DNA from: Chthoniobacteraceae bacterium
GTDB lineage: Bacteria; Verrucomicrobiota; Verrucomicrobiia; Chthoniobacterales; Chthoniobacteraceae
Length of the DNA stretch: 64,000 nt
Direction of reading: 5' to 3'
Assembly (NCBI GenBank): GCA_037190965.1
Contig: JBBCKI010000062.1
Coordinates: 1 to 64,000, forward strand
Shown: positions 54,576 to 64,000 of the stretch, one piece after another
Layout of the letters: every line of letters begins with the position of its first letter
How positions within the stretch are numbered: the first letter of the stretch is position 1
The notes under the pieces: generated by a model
Database searches by the model: none
What the model saw: only the letters and a program-made list of their open reading frames with translations
Told to the model about the DNA's origin: nothing
Program-made: the position numbers and the translations under genes

Positions 54576-55556
54576 TTACCTCGGCGTCCGAATGACGATT
54601 TCCACGCGCCGGTTGATCTGCTGTTCCTCCCGGGTGCCGTTGGCGGGGGCGAGGAGGCGGGTGCTGCCGAAGCCCTTGGTCTGAATCCGCGCGGTATCGA
54701 GCCCCATATTGTCCACCAGCCACTGTTTGACCTTGTTGGCGCGGGCTTCGCTCAGCTTGACGTTATAGGCGGGATCGCCAATGGCGTCGCTGTGTCCTTC
54801 CACGCTGAAGGTGGCTTCCGGGTTGCGTTTGATAAGTTCTCCCAGTTTTTCCAGCGTGCGGACGGCTTCGTCACGAAGCTCTGAGCTGTCGTATTCAAAG
54901 AGAGCGCCCCCTGGCATGTTGACCGGCGCGACATTGCCAGTCAGCGGGCCGGATTGCGCGAGGAGATCATCCAGATTGCTGAATCCGGGCACCGTTCCCG
55001 AGCCGCTGTCGCCTTCCTGCCCCGGGCTGGGGATTCCCCCTGGGAGTTTCAAGGCGGAGTTGGCGGCCACTTTCGGAGCGGCATCGTCGACGAATTGCCT
55101 CCGTGCGGCGTTCAACTCATTCTCAATCGCCGCGTTGGGTTGCGGCACGACCGCCTTGGCCAGGTTCGAGTCGAACGCAGCCGGTTTCTCGTTCACGATC
55201 GGGTTGAGCGGTTCCGTTGCCGTGGGGGAGAGTTTCACCTTATCCGGGAGCTTGCCGGTGGAAGGTTTTTCGGAGGCCATCTCCGGGAGCTTGGGGGCGA
55301 CGGGCTTCTTGCGCGCCTCCGGCGCGGCTTCGGGCTCAGGCTCGAATACCTTCGGGTCGAACTGCGCCGGTTTCATCGAAAAAGGGCGGGGAACCAGCCG
55401 CTCGGTGGTCATGTTGCCCTCAAAACGCTCCAGCTTGCTCATGCTGAACACCACAAACAAAGCGCCGTGAACGATCAGGGAGACGATCAGCGCCCCCAGA
55501 AACCATTTGCGCAGTCCGCCGTTGGGTTCCGAGCTGGAGTGATAAAAAGAATCCAT
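54576..55556 (-). CDS. OmpA/MotB-family peptidoglycan-binding protein with N-terminal TM
   Basis: LFEYDS, VEGHSD.IG..YN.KLSE.RA, NRRVEI. Confidence 0.9.
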   Translation of the reverse strand: MDSFYHSSSEPNGGLRKWFLGALIVSLIVHGALFVVFSMSKLERFEGNMTTERLVPRPFSMKPAQFDPKVFEPEPEAAPEARKKPVAPKLPEMASEKPSTGKLPDKVKLSPTATEPLNPIVNEKPAAFDSNLAKAVVPQPNAAIENELNAARRQFVDDAAPKVAANSALKLPGGIPSPGQEGDSGSGTVPGFSNLDDLLAQSGPLTGNVAPVNMPGGALFEYDSSELRDEAVRTLEKLGELIKRNPEATFSVEGHSDAIGDPAYNVKLSEARANKVKQWLVDNMGLDTARIQTKGFGSTRLLAPANGTREEQQINRRVEIVIRTPR

Positions 55557-55614
55557 GGGATTTCCGCTTGAAGATACATAGAATGGCCCCGAACTCAATC
55601 TATCCCTTCCTCTG

Positions 55615-56091
55615 ATGATACGATGGCTTCTCGACTGGATTCGCGAGCATTGGCACCGCCTTGTGGCGCTGCATGACACGCCGCATTCCATTGCGGGAGG
55701 GGTCGCCATTGGGATCGTGCTCGGGTTTACCCCGTTTTACACCCTCAAAACCTTACTCGCCATCGGGTTGGCCTGGCTGTTCCGGTGCAGCAAGGTGGCT
55801 GCGGCGGTGGCGGTGACCCTGCATGACCTCACCCTGCCGCTCACCCCCATGCTCCTGCGGTTGGAGTACGGCATGGGCTACTGGTTTCTTTCCAATCCGC
55901 ACCATTGGCCGCCGAAGATACACCTGCACCATCACCCGTTGCGCTGGCACGAGTGGTTCCATCGGGAAGTGTTTATCGACGTCCTCTGGCCGACCTTCGT
56001 CGGCTCCCTTTTCATCTCGATCCCGCTCGCGGTGGTGGCGTTCTTTGCCACGGTGCGCCTTGTGGAGGCTCACCGCAAAAAGCATGGGTAA
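55615..56091 (+). CDS. DUF2062-family membrane protein
   Basis: DTPHSIAGGVAIG...G.TP; TM helices. Confidence 0.8.
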   Translation: MIRWLLDWIREHWHRLVALHDTPHSIAGGVAIGIVLGFTPFYTLKTLLAIGLAWLFRCSKVAAAVAVTLHDLTLPLTPMLLRLEYGMGYWFLSNPHHWPPKIHLHHHPLRWHEWFHREVFIDVLWPTFVGSLFISIPLAVVAFFATVRLVEAHRKKHG

Positions 56092-56097
56092 GGACCG

Positions 56098-56406
56098 TTA
56101 CTTGGCGGAAACCTCATGTTGGGGCCGGCTTTCGCCCCACTTCGCCCAAGCATGGGAGGCAGATGGCCAGGCGAAATAGAGGAGCGCCGCCCCGATAAAG
56201 CCGATCACCCAGCCGGTCACCGCAATTCGAGCCAGCGGCGGCCATTCCTCCGAGGCAGCGTCCCCCATGCGGAACCATCGCCGGTTGAACGCCAGTTGCA
56301 GGGGATGAAAGGACTGATCGAAGCCGGATGGCGAGGAGAGATGAGAGAGCCTGGCATTCATGACGGGGGAATGGTTCCGATACGAATCGAACCTTCCCCC
56401 GCCCAT
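56098..56406 (-). CDS. Small membrane hypothetical protein
   Basis: One TM; downstream of PepSY gene; start uncertain. Confidence 0.4.
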   Translation of the reverse strand: MGGGRFDSYRNHSPVMNARLSHLSSPSGFDQSFHPLQLAFNRRWFRMGDAASEEWPPLARIAVTGWVIGFIGAALLYFAWPSASHAWAKWGESRPQHEVSAK

Positions 56407-56426
56407 GGTTGTCCCACGATGCTGGA

Positions 56427-57146
56427 CTATAGCTTTCTTTTGCGCGGGCGGGTGAGAAAGAAAAGAACCACCCCCAGCAGCGCCGCAAGGAAAACCCCGC
56501 CGGTCGTCATCGTCAAAACTAGATCCCGGAAATCCTTGTTCGGAATGAAACCGAACTTATGGAAGTTCGTAAACGCGTTGGCTTCGAATTGCCGGTTTTT
56601 GTCGGTATGCCGCGTAACGCTCCCCGTTGTGGTGGAGACGTAAACGCGGGTCTGAAGTTCGTCATTCAGATCGAACCGGTAGACCGGCAGGATTCGGAAG
56701 ATGTTGATGTACTCGCGATTGAACTCCGTGAGGTAGTCGGCCTTGCGAACGGCAGCACCGCCAAGAAACGCCGAAGCGATCTCGGAGGCATACTGTTCAT
56801 CCTGCGCGGGATCGACCCGGCCATCCACGGCATTGACATAGGAAGGCCGTGGAAGCCCCGCCGAATAGACCTGATACCACGGCTCCCCGCCGATGGCCCG
56901 CAGGTTGATCGCCGCGACCGGAGAGCCGGACGCGGGAAGTTTCGCCACCGCATCCGCGACGCCGACTGCAACCCGGTTTGCGTCGAGCCCTCCCCCCGCT
57001 GAAGCCCCGGGCCGGGCGGGTGGGGGAGGAGCCTGTTTGCGGCTCATGACGTTGTGCAATACACCGCTCCCGGCGGACATCAGGATGGAGAGGCTGAAGA
57101 AAAGCCCCACCCAGCGGTGAGCCTGTCTAATCCAATGAGATTTCAT
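56427..57146 (-). CDS. PepSY-associated TM helix protein
   Basis: HRWVGL..S......SG, YVNAVDG, FH.FGF. Confidence 0.85.
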   Translation of the reverse strand: MKSHWIRQAHRWVGLFFSLSILMSAGSGVLHNVMSRKQAPPPPARPGASAGGGLDANRVAVGVADAVAKLPASGSPVAAINLRAIGGEPWYQVYSAGLPRPSYVNAVDGRVDPAQDEQYASEIASAFLGGAAVRKADYLTEFNREYINIFRILPVYRFDLNDELQTRVYVSTTTGSVTRHTDKNRQFEANAFTNFHKFGFIPNKDFRDLVLTMTTGGVFLAALLGVVLFFLTRPRKRKL

Positions 57147-57173
57147 GGTTGGTATCGGTTCATCGTTCAGATT

Positions 57174-59249
57174 TTACCAACGCCACTCGATGCCACCGTA
57201 GAACGCGCGCCCGTCACCGGGCAGGAATTGCGCCTGGTTAAAGGGCGTCGCGCGGCTGATAACCCCCGTGGTCGCGGCGTAACGTTTGTCGGTCAGATTC
57301 TTCGCCTCCAGAAAGAACGAAAACCCGCGTTGGCTTCGGTAACCGATCTTGAAGCCGAGCAATGCGTAGGGATCCGCAAAGAGGGTCTCCGCGGAATCGA
57401 TGTTATACTTCAACGGCACCCATTCCACGTTCGGCCCGGCGAAGAAGCCGCTCGGGTGTTCGTAGACCAGTTCCGCGCGGTAATAGTGCGGCGGAATGCC
57501 TGGCAGCGCGTTATTGCCAAAGGCGCCGTCGCCGTCGAAACGGAAATGGTTCCAGAGATAGACCTGACGCAGCAGGAGGCGATCGCCCGGCAGGAAATCC
57601 CGCACGAGATCCACCTCCAGCGCCGCCTCGATGCCCTGGTGAATTGTCCGCCCGGCGTTGACGGTTTGCGTCAATCCCGGGAGCACCGCGTATTCCAGCA
57701 ACTCGTTATCGACCCATGAATAGTAATACGCGAGATCCCAGTTGAATCGCCCGGCTTTGCCGCGTGTCCCAAGTTCCACCGTGGTGGCGGTCTGCGCGTC
57801 GAGGGCGACCAGCCCCGTTCCTCCGCCTGCAGGCGCGGTCAGTTCACCGAAGCTCGGCGGCTCAAAGCTGCGGCTCACATTGGCGAAGGCCTGCGCCTGC
57901 GGCGTCACGTCCCAGATGAACCCCAGCTTTGGGCTGAAGCCCCACCAATCCTGCGTGTTGCCGGTGTCGGGATGCGTTGGGGAGATGGGGAACTCGTCCT
58001 TGTTTTTCCTCCGGGCATAGCTGACCTGCGTGCCAAGCACGAAGGCGGCGTTGGGGACAAAATAGAATGCGTTCTCGGTATAGAGATTGAGGTTCGCCGC
58101 CGTCTGTTCATTGTCTGAGAATTTCGCGCCGCGCACGCCCAGATTGTTGTCGAAACGGTTGTCCTGCCCGACGCCGAAGGTCGGCATGAAGCCGAGGGTG
58201 AACCGATTTTTATGATCGAGCAGATCGCCCGTATAATCATACCGGAGGTTCAGCCCGAAATCATTGGTGAACTGGTCGATGACAAGGAGAATCGGGTGAT
58301 CGAGGTCCTTCTGCGTCCAGAAGGTGCTCAGCGAAAACCGGTGATCATCCTGCTGGAATGTCGTTTTGTTCGCAATGCGCAGGAGCGTGTAGTCCCGCTT
58401 CCAGTTGCTGTCCACATTATCGAACCGGGGCACCACGGCATTGCGTTGGGCCTGGGTCGGGTCGGCTTCGAGCTGCTCCTTGGTGAGGTTGCCGGGAAGC
58501 TCCGAATTGCTCTTGATGAAGGTGAAATAGAAGCGGGTCTCCAGATTCGGGTTGATGCGGTAGCCGAAGTTCGAGAAGAGGCGTTGCGTGCTCTGCTGGC
58601 TATGATCCCGGAATCCGTCGGAGTAGAACTGGCTGAGGCTGAAGTAATAGTCGAAGGGGCCCACCACGTTGCCCGAACTAAGCTGCGCCTGGAAAGTATC
58701 GAAGCTGCCGTAGGTCACCCTTGCCGCAAGCGGCGAAGTATCGTATCCCGTGAACGAGACGAAGTTCACCGCGCCCCCCAGCGTCATCCCTCCAAATTCC
58801 AGGGCGTTTGCGCCCCGGTAGACTTCGATGTAGCGGGCGGTCAGCGGATCGACGGATTGAAAGTCAAACCCGCCGTCGGCAAGGTTGAGCGGCACGCCAT
58901 CCTGGAGCAGGGAAATCCCGCGTCCGTGGAACGTGCGCTGAATGCCGGAGCCTCGGATGGAAATGCGCGATTCCTCCGCGCCGAATCGAGGTTGGACGTA
59001 AACGCCGGGAGCGAAGTCGAGGGCGTCGCGGATGGAGATGGCACGGCTCTTGAGGTACGCCTCTGAATCCACCACTTCCGCGCCGCCGGGAGTGGTTTCA
59101 GCAATTTCCGCGCGGACCGCTTCGATGGAGGGAACGGTGAGCGAGGCCTGTGCTTTGACGACAACCTCGGGAAGTTGAATCTCCTCCACGGTTTGCGCCA
59201 TGGCGGTAAGGGTGGAGCAGCAAATAAGAATGGAACTGGAAACTTTCAC
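57174..59249 (-). CDS. TonB-dependent receptor
   Basis: LPEVVVKA TonB box, SIRGSG, IEVYRGAN, NLTDKRY, C-terminal W. Confidence 0.93.
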   Translation of the reverse strand: MKVSSSILICCSTLTAMAQTVEEIQLPEVVVKAQASLTVPSIEAVRAEIAETTPGGAEVVDSEAYLKSRAISIRDALDFAPGVYVQPRFGAEESRISIRGSGIQRTFHGRGISLLQDGVPLNLADGGFDFQSVDPLTARYIEVYRGANALEFGGMTLGGAVNFVSFTGYDTSPLAARVTYGSFDTFQAQLSSGNVVGPFDYYFSLSQFYSDGFRDHSQQSTQRLFSNFGYRINPNLETRFYFTFIKSNSELPGNLTKEQLEADPTQAQRNAVVPRFDNVDSNWKRDYTLLRIANKTTFQQDDHRFSLSTFWTQKDLDHPILLVIDQFTNDFGLNLRYDYTGDLLDHKNRFTLGFMPTFGVGQDNRFDNNLGVRGAKFSDNEQTAANLNLYTENAFYFVPNAAFVLGTQVSYARRKNKDEFPISPTHPDTGNTQDWWGFSPKLGFIWDVTPQAQAFANVSRSFEPPSFGELTAPAGGGTGLVALDAQTATTVELGTRGKAGRFNWDLAYYYSWVDNELLEYAVLPGLTQTVNAGRTIHQGIEAALEVDLVRDFLPGDRLLLRQVYLWNHFRFDGDGAFGNNALPGIPPHYYRAELVYEHPSGFFAGPNVEWVPLKYNIDSAETLFADPYALLGFKIGYRSQRGFSFFLEAKNLTDKRYAATTGVISRATPFNQAQFLPGDGRAFYGGIEWRW

Positions 59250-59423
59250 AAAAAAACAAACAAGATTGGCCCATGGCGCGGACACCGTGCGAACACGGCA
59301 GCACCGGGCATGATAAAAAGGGACGGGCAGATTGCGGCGTCTCTGCGCAAGGGCGCGGAGAAACCGGCAGTCAATGTTGAGCGCGCTTCGGAGGGAGGCG
59401 TGCTTCTGGATTGAGGGAGTGAT

Positions 59424-59659
59424 TAGTACTTAGTGTCCTGAGCAGAAAAATCTCTTAAGATTTTTCTCGTTTTCCCTCGTTCCCAAACTCTGTTTGGGAC
59501 CGTCCGTGTCTTCGAAACTTTAGTTTCGCAACCCCTGTCCGTTCCGGGTACCCGGCACGAGATGACAAGGCTTTCGAATCAGAGATTCGGGGATATTGGC
59601 ATTACCAATCTGGAGATTGGTAACGAGGAGCCGGTTTTCCTGCTTGTTACTAAGTACTA
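59424..59659. mobile_element. MITE/REPIN-like nested palindromic insertion
   Basis: Terminal IR TAGTACTTAGT/ACTAAGTACTA enclosing CTCGTTCCCAAACTCTGTTTGGG-type hairpins. Confidence 0.65.
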
Positions 59660-60061
59660 GGCAAGCCGCCTGGGTGGCGGCGTGGGCGGCGTTAATACAC
59701 GGATGGACGCGATGCTTTCAGACCGGGGATATACCAGCGGCACGGAGGGCGGCTCAATGGCGGTAACCACCGGGGGGATCACCCCTTGGAGATGGAACTC
59801 CGGTTGCGGCGCTTTCTCGGTATCGGTTTCCTTTTTAGCATCCCGGATGTGCTTGCAGAGATTGCATGGGTTTTGCCCGTCGAACGTCTTGCCCAATGCC
59901 TCGCCAACCGACGCGGTCTGGGTAAACGTGATGAACATATTGGTCCATGCCACCGACTGAAGCATCAACCACTGCGCACCGGTCCCAAAAACCAAGGCCG
60001 TGATAACGGCAAGGTGAATGAGAATATGGGCGCGGCGTGGCACGCCAGAATAGCATCTCAA
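59657..60061 (-). CDS. DUF2946-like protein (CxxC plus Pro-rich C-terminus; start uncertain)
   Basis: Hydrophobic N-terminus, PCNLCKH, PPTPPPR upstream of TonB receptor. Confidence 0.7.
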   Translation of the reverse strand: MRCYSGVPRRAHILIHLAVITALVFGTGAQWLMLQSVAWTNMFITFTQTASVGEALGKTFDGQNPCNLCKHIRDAKKETDTEKAPQPEFHLQGVIPPVVTAIEPPSVPLVYPRSESIASIRVLTPPTPPPRRLA

Positions 60062-60146
60062 TGTCGGGAGAACGTCAAATGTAATTTCCCTCCTATTCGA
60101 AAAACTAATTAGCGACTAGATGCGGCGGTATCTGGAGGATAAGCAA

Positions 60147-60294
60147 GGTAGTCCGCTCTCGCCGAGAGCGCGGGATCGGTCCACGAGTCGCGTTTAGCCT
60201 CCATCCCCGGCAGGACGGGCTGATGGTAGGGGGATGTGGCTGCAAAGGAACCGCAGGAGCCGATACCCGCGCTCGGCGGCGCGAGCGGGCTACC
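60147..60294 (-). repeat. REPIN-like element, copy B
   Basis: GGTAG...CTACC ends with inverted REP hairpins. Confidence 0.8.
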
Positions 60295-60313
60295 GGTGCT
60301 ACCGCACCATTGC

Positions 60314-60344
60314 AAAAAACCCGCCTCCTTTCGAGAGGCGGGTT
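60314..60344 (-). terminator. Rho-independent terminator of autotransporter
   Basis: AACCCGCCTC stem, T-run on minus strand. Confidence 0.8.
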
Positions 60345-60363
60345 GATGAAGTTTTAAGCTACT

Positions 60364-63300
60364 TTAGAAGCTGATCCGGAAGCCGCCGTTGACGGCGTTG
60401 GAAGAATAGTTCGTCCGTCCGATCTCACCGGTGTAATAAGCAAACACCGACACGGAGGGGCTGAATTGCACGGAGGCTCCGGCGTCGAGAAGCAGGCTGT
60501 CCCGCCCGATGCTTGGGCCATTTACCGTGAATGCCCCGGCTCCGCCGACAAACGCCGATTCGACGGAGGCCGTGCTGTCGAGATATTCATGCTGCCACTG
60601 CGCGCGCACCTCGGGCCGGATGACAACGCCGCCAACATTCCATGCGTAGGAGGCCTTCAGGCCGAGTGAGGATTTCAGCGAATCCTGGCTCTGCGAGCTG
60701 AAACGGAGCGGCGCATCGGATCCGTTTTCCGTGAAGCTATCCAAGCCTAGATAGGTGTATTGCAGCGAGGCGACCGGCCCGATGGAGAAGCCGCCGAGGC
60801 GGTAATCATAGCCGCCGCCGATCAGGCTGTTGAACTCGCCACCTTCGGTGCTGCCATTGGCTTTACCACCCAACGTGCCGCGCCGGGTGCTATACGAGTT
60901 GTAAGCGCCGCCGACGGTGGTGTTGAGATAGAAGCCGTTGCCGAAGACGGTAGCATAGAGACTGCCGCGCCCGCTGTTGACTTCGATCTTGCCGCCGTTG
61001 AAGAGGTCGGAACCGGTATTCGTATAGCCGCCGGCGATGCCGACGGCGAAGTTCTCGTTCACGCGATAGTCAGCGCCAAGGGTGACTCCTCCGGTGGAAA
61101 ACTCCGAACCGCGAGCGTTCGCGGTGGATTCCACGTCGGCCCATTCACCGGTGCCGGTGGCAAAGAAGCTCCAGCGGCTTGTTTCGAGCACCGGCGCGAC
61201 GGCGGTTTTGCCGACAACGCTCTTGCCATCCCAACCGGCGAGCGTCAATCCGTTGCGCTCATTGGCAAGCGGAAGTCCCTCATAGTTGAGCGTACCGCGC
61301 GAGTTGGAAAGTGCCAGGCCGTTGGTGCTGAAGCCGCAGGCCCCGTCGCGAACATCGCTCATGCGGCGTTCGAGATTGTTATAGTGAGTCTGCGCGGTGC
61401 TGAAGCCGATCTGGAAGATTTGCGCCAGTTGCTCGGGGGAGAGGAGGGTAAGCGCGTTCTCGACGTCGTCCAGCGACATGCCGTAGATCCGGTCGAGGAG
61501 CGGCCCAAGCTTGCCGCGCCGGTTTGCGCGGTCGAGCGACTTGGCGACGGCCCGCTGGTTCGGCGTCAGGTCTCTCAGCTTGGCGAGATCGAAGAGCGAA
61601 TTCTCTTCAAACTCAAGAATGACCGAATGGGAGAGATATTCGACGTTGAAGCTGAAGAGTCCGTCGCTCGCGATATCGGAGAAGACGCCATTCACACCGC
61701 CATCGGCGGTGATGATCTCAAGCGGTTTTCCGCTGTTCTTGCGGTTGGTCGCAAGGAGATGGAGCTTGCCGTCGAGGAACGCCGTGCCGGAGACGACAAG
61801 GCGATCGTGGCTGTCGCCGTCGATTTCAATGGTGAGGGTGCCTGAGGAAGTTTGGATGTAGTTCCTGGATACCGTCAACGTTCCCGGCGAATTGCCCGGG
61901 TTCACCGTAGCGGCATTGTAGAGGTTCCCGTAGATCGTTCCGGAACCACCGATAAAGCCCGCGTCCTCGTTGACTACATCCCCGGTCACATAGCCATTGA
62001 TATAGGCAGAACCGCCCGTGATGCTGATGCCTCCTCCCGTCGAGCCGCTGATGAAGAGCCTGCCCCCGGTGACCTCGCTGGCACCCGCGATATAGTTCTC
62101 GACGATGAGGGTGCCTTCCGACACGGCGGTAACGCCCGCATAGGTATTATGGCGGGTCAGGGTGACGGTGCCTGCACCGGTCTTGGCGGCGCCGACGGTG
62201 CCGGAGAGGGCCGCCTCGACCGTGCCGTCAACGAATTCGTAGTCGCTGCTGCTCGTCAACGAGGAGGCTCCCGTCAAGAGCCCTCCGTTTTCGATCTTGA
62301 AGCCGGTGACGCTTTCGTCGAAGCCATTGAGGTCGTAAACGGCATTCGAGCCGCTGATCGTCAGGACGCTATGCGCCGAGAGCGCGCCCTGCCTGCCGCT
62401 TCGGAGGGTGCCTCCGTAGACGTTGGTGCCTGCTGTGTAGTCATTGTCGGCATCCAGAACCGTGACGCCCGCAAGCTGGTTGACCTCAAGGTCGTCGGTC
62501 ATCCAGATATCGAAAACGTAAGGAGCGGCCAGGTCATCCGCCACTCCGTGCGTATGATTGAAGTTCATGGAGCCTCCCGCATGCCCGTAGCCTGTTACAA
62601 CGAAGGCTTGCACGGTACCTCCTTTAGTGGCCGCTTCCCCCTGGCCGCCGCCGATGTAGACCGATGAACGGGAGGTTCCGGTCAGGATCAATGCGGCAAG
62701 CGAGTTGGTTGACCCCACGAGAAGATGCCCACCCTCGGAGAGGATGATCGATCCACTCCCGAGCGTCTCATTGCCCCCGACGGATTGCTTTCCTATTTGT
62801 AAAAGTCCGCCCGCAGCCCAAGCGCTTCCTTCTCCGGTGATCCGGGCGGTATCGTTGTCGCCGATGCCGAAGTAGGTGACGCCACTTTTGAGTTTCGCGC
62901 CATCGGCGATGAGGATATCTCCGCCATAGTGATAGACGACGTTCAGATTGGCAGCGGAACCCGGTCCTTCGACCGTGAAAGTGCCGCCATCCGTCAGGGT
63001 GAAATAAGTCGCATTGGTAAACGTCGCTCCGGAGGAGACGTTAAAACTCCCGCCATTCACGGAAAACGTTCCTGAGGTCAAGGCGGAGTTTGCCCCCGAG
63101 ACGCCTAATGCCCCATCCACATTGATCATTCCCGCCGAGGCGGTAGCTCCGCCTGAAACGGTGAAGCTCGTTCCGAAATCGGTCATGATCGTTCCCGAAT
63201 TGACGATCTGCGCCCCGGAGCCGGTCAGCGTCAGAGTTCCCCCGGTGACCGTCGTGGAATTGGAATAAGTATTCGACCCTGAAAGAATCAAGGTTCCCGA

Positions 63301-63498
63301 ACCGCTCTTAACCAATGAATTGCCACCGGAATCCGACAGGCTTTCGCTAACGGTTTGTTCATTTCCCTCCGCCACATAGTAGTCATGATAGCCGGGCGCG
63401 GCTTGCAGGTGGGAGGCGGCTCCGATCAGCAGCAGGGAGGTGCTGAGGAGCAGGGAGGCGCGATGCGACGGAGATGTTTTCCTGAGACGCTTTTTCAT
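60364..63498 (-). CDS. Autotransporter with beta-strand repeat passenger
   Basis: Signal peptide, KSGSGTLILSGSNTYS repeats, PGNSPGTL, beta-barrel ending FRISF. Confidence 0.93.
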   Translation of the reverse strand: MKKRLRKTSPSHRASLLLSTSLLLIGAASHLQAAPGYHDYYVAEGNEQTVSESLSDSGGNSLVKSGSGTLILSGSNTYSNSTTVTGGTLTLTGSGAQIVNSGTIMTDFGTSFTVSGGATASAGMINVDGALGVSGANSALTSGTFSVNGGSFNVSSGATFTNATYFTLTDGGTFTVEGPGSAANLNVVYHYGGDILIADGAKLKSGVTYFGIGDNDTARITGEGSAWAAGGLLQIGKQSVGGNETLGSGSIILSEGGHLLVGSTNSLAALILTGTSRSSVYIGGGQGEAATKGGTVQAFVVTGYGHAGGSMNFNHTHGVADDLAAPYVFDIWMTDDLEVNQLAGVTVLDADNDYTAGTNVYGGTLRSGRQGALSAHSVLTISGSNAVYDLNGFDESVTGFKIENGGLLTGASSLTSSSDYEFVDGTVEAALSGTVGAAKTGAGTVTLTRHNTYAGVTAVSEGTLIVENYIAGASEVTGGRLFISGSTGGGISITGGSAYINGYVTGDVVNEDAGFIGGSGTIYGNLYNAATVNPGNSPGTLTVSRNYIQTSSGTLTIEIDGDSHDRLVVSGTAFLDGKLHLLATNRKNSGKPLEIITADGGVNGVFSDIASDGLFSFNVEYLSHSVILEFEENSLFDLAKLRDLTPNQRAVAKSLDRANRRGKLGPLLDRIYGMSLDDVENALTLLSPEQLAQIFQIGFSTAQTHYNNLERRMSDVRDGACGFSTNGLALSNSRGTLNYEGLPLANERNGLTLAGWDGKSVVGKTAVAPVLETSRWSFFATGTGEWADVESTANARGSEFSTGGVTLGADYRVNENFAVGIAGGYTNTGSDLFNGGKIEVNSGRGSLYATVFGNGFYLNTTVGGAYNSYSTRRGTLGGKANGSTEGGEFNSLIGGGYDYRLGGFSIGPVASLQYTYLGLDSFTENGSDAPLRFSSQSQDSLKSSLGLKASYAWNVGGVVIRPEVRAQWQHEYLDSTASVESAFVGGAGAFTVNGPSIGRDSLLLDAGASVQFSPSVSVFAYYTGEIGRTNYSSNAVNGGFRISF

Positions 63499-63626
63499 AC
63501 GGGGAGGAGTGGGGGGCGTGTAAACTGAATATGAGTGAAGGTTACCCGGATAAGTAACGCAATGGTTAAGGGATTCCCTGAGCCGACTGAAGAAAAAAAT
63601 GACGAGAGTCACCAAGGGTGACGTCA

Positions 63627-63759
63627 GGTAGACCGCTCGCGCCGTCGAGCGCGGGGCATGACAAGGACGCGAGTTTGACATTCATCCTCTCAGGAAGGGC
63701 TGATGGATAGGGGATGTGGCCTCATGGGAAACGCAGAAGCCGATACCCGCGCTCGCGGG
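63627..63759 (-). repeat. REPIN-like element, copy C (one end truncated)
   Basis: GGTAGACCGCTCGCGCCGTCGAGCGCGGG...GCCGATACCCGCGCTCG. Confidence 0.75.
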
Positions 63760-63768
63760 GACGTTTTC

Positions 63769-64000
63769 TTATCCTACCCCTGGCTCCCGAAGCATGCTCC
63801 CCGGTGTAAGCCCTGTCTGCTTCCGAAACCAGCGGATGAAATAGTTCACATCGTCAAACCCGCTCGCCTCCGCCGCCGCATTCACCGATCCATGCTGCTT
63901 CAACGCCGTTTGGGCCCGGCGCAGACGGGCCTGGGCACGGAGTTGGCCGAACGTCATGCCGCTCTGCTCCTTGAGGATGCGGTTTAGGTAATCCTGCTGG
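63769..64000 (-). CDS. AraC-family regulator, C-terminal part (runs off window)
   Basis: AAEASGFDDVNYFIRWFRKQTGLTP. Confidence 0.9.
   Translation of the reverse strand, partial: QQDYLNRILKEQSGMTFGQLRAQARLRRAQTALKQHGSVNAAAEASGFDDVNYFIRWFRKQTGLTPGSMLREPGVG

Noticed and set aside
54372..54884. Similar ORFs starting GSTGSPLAP (also 60109-60315)
   Set aside because: Translations of the REPIN repeat, not a protein family

Overview
Two parts. (1) 309-44271 is an apparently complete ~44 kb temperate prophage integrated in the 3' end of tRNA-Asn(GTT), bounded by a 33-bp att direct repeat. It has a tyrosine integrase, a P2-like contractile tail, lambda-like terminase/portal with a protease-capsid fusion, a lysis cassette inside the tail region, and an early operon (replication initiator, DnaC-like loader, two DNA methyltransferases, two SNF2-type helicases, own beta-clamp, RecE/Sak4-like pair, DUF5664, thyA). 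No classical CI repressor is visible. (2) 44272-64000 is host chromosome, probably Verrucomicrobiota (PEP-CTERM and autotransporter beta-strand repeat proteins): WYL regulator, tRNA-Ile2, Ser/Thr kinase, recR, TonB/PepSY/DUF2946-like metal uptake locus, autotransporter, REPIN-like repeats. An ISL3 end sits at the far left. The strongest candidate for a new system is a non-coding RNA cassette at 39936-40334: two C4-antisense-like RNAs with a matching upstream bipartite target, plus a 109-nt tRNA-like RNA with an 8-bp acceptor stem and CCA, directly upstream of an unknown gene. A tandem pair of paralogous ribbon-helix-helix-like genes occupies the usual repressor position. Other hidden features: an overprinted EcoHK31I-beta-like ORF inside the C5 methylase, a -1 frameshift tail chaperone, and an in-frame nested lipoprotein in the lysis cassette. 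Family names come from motif recognition by eye; no searches were run.
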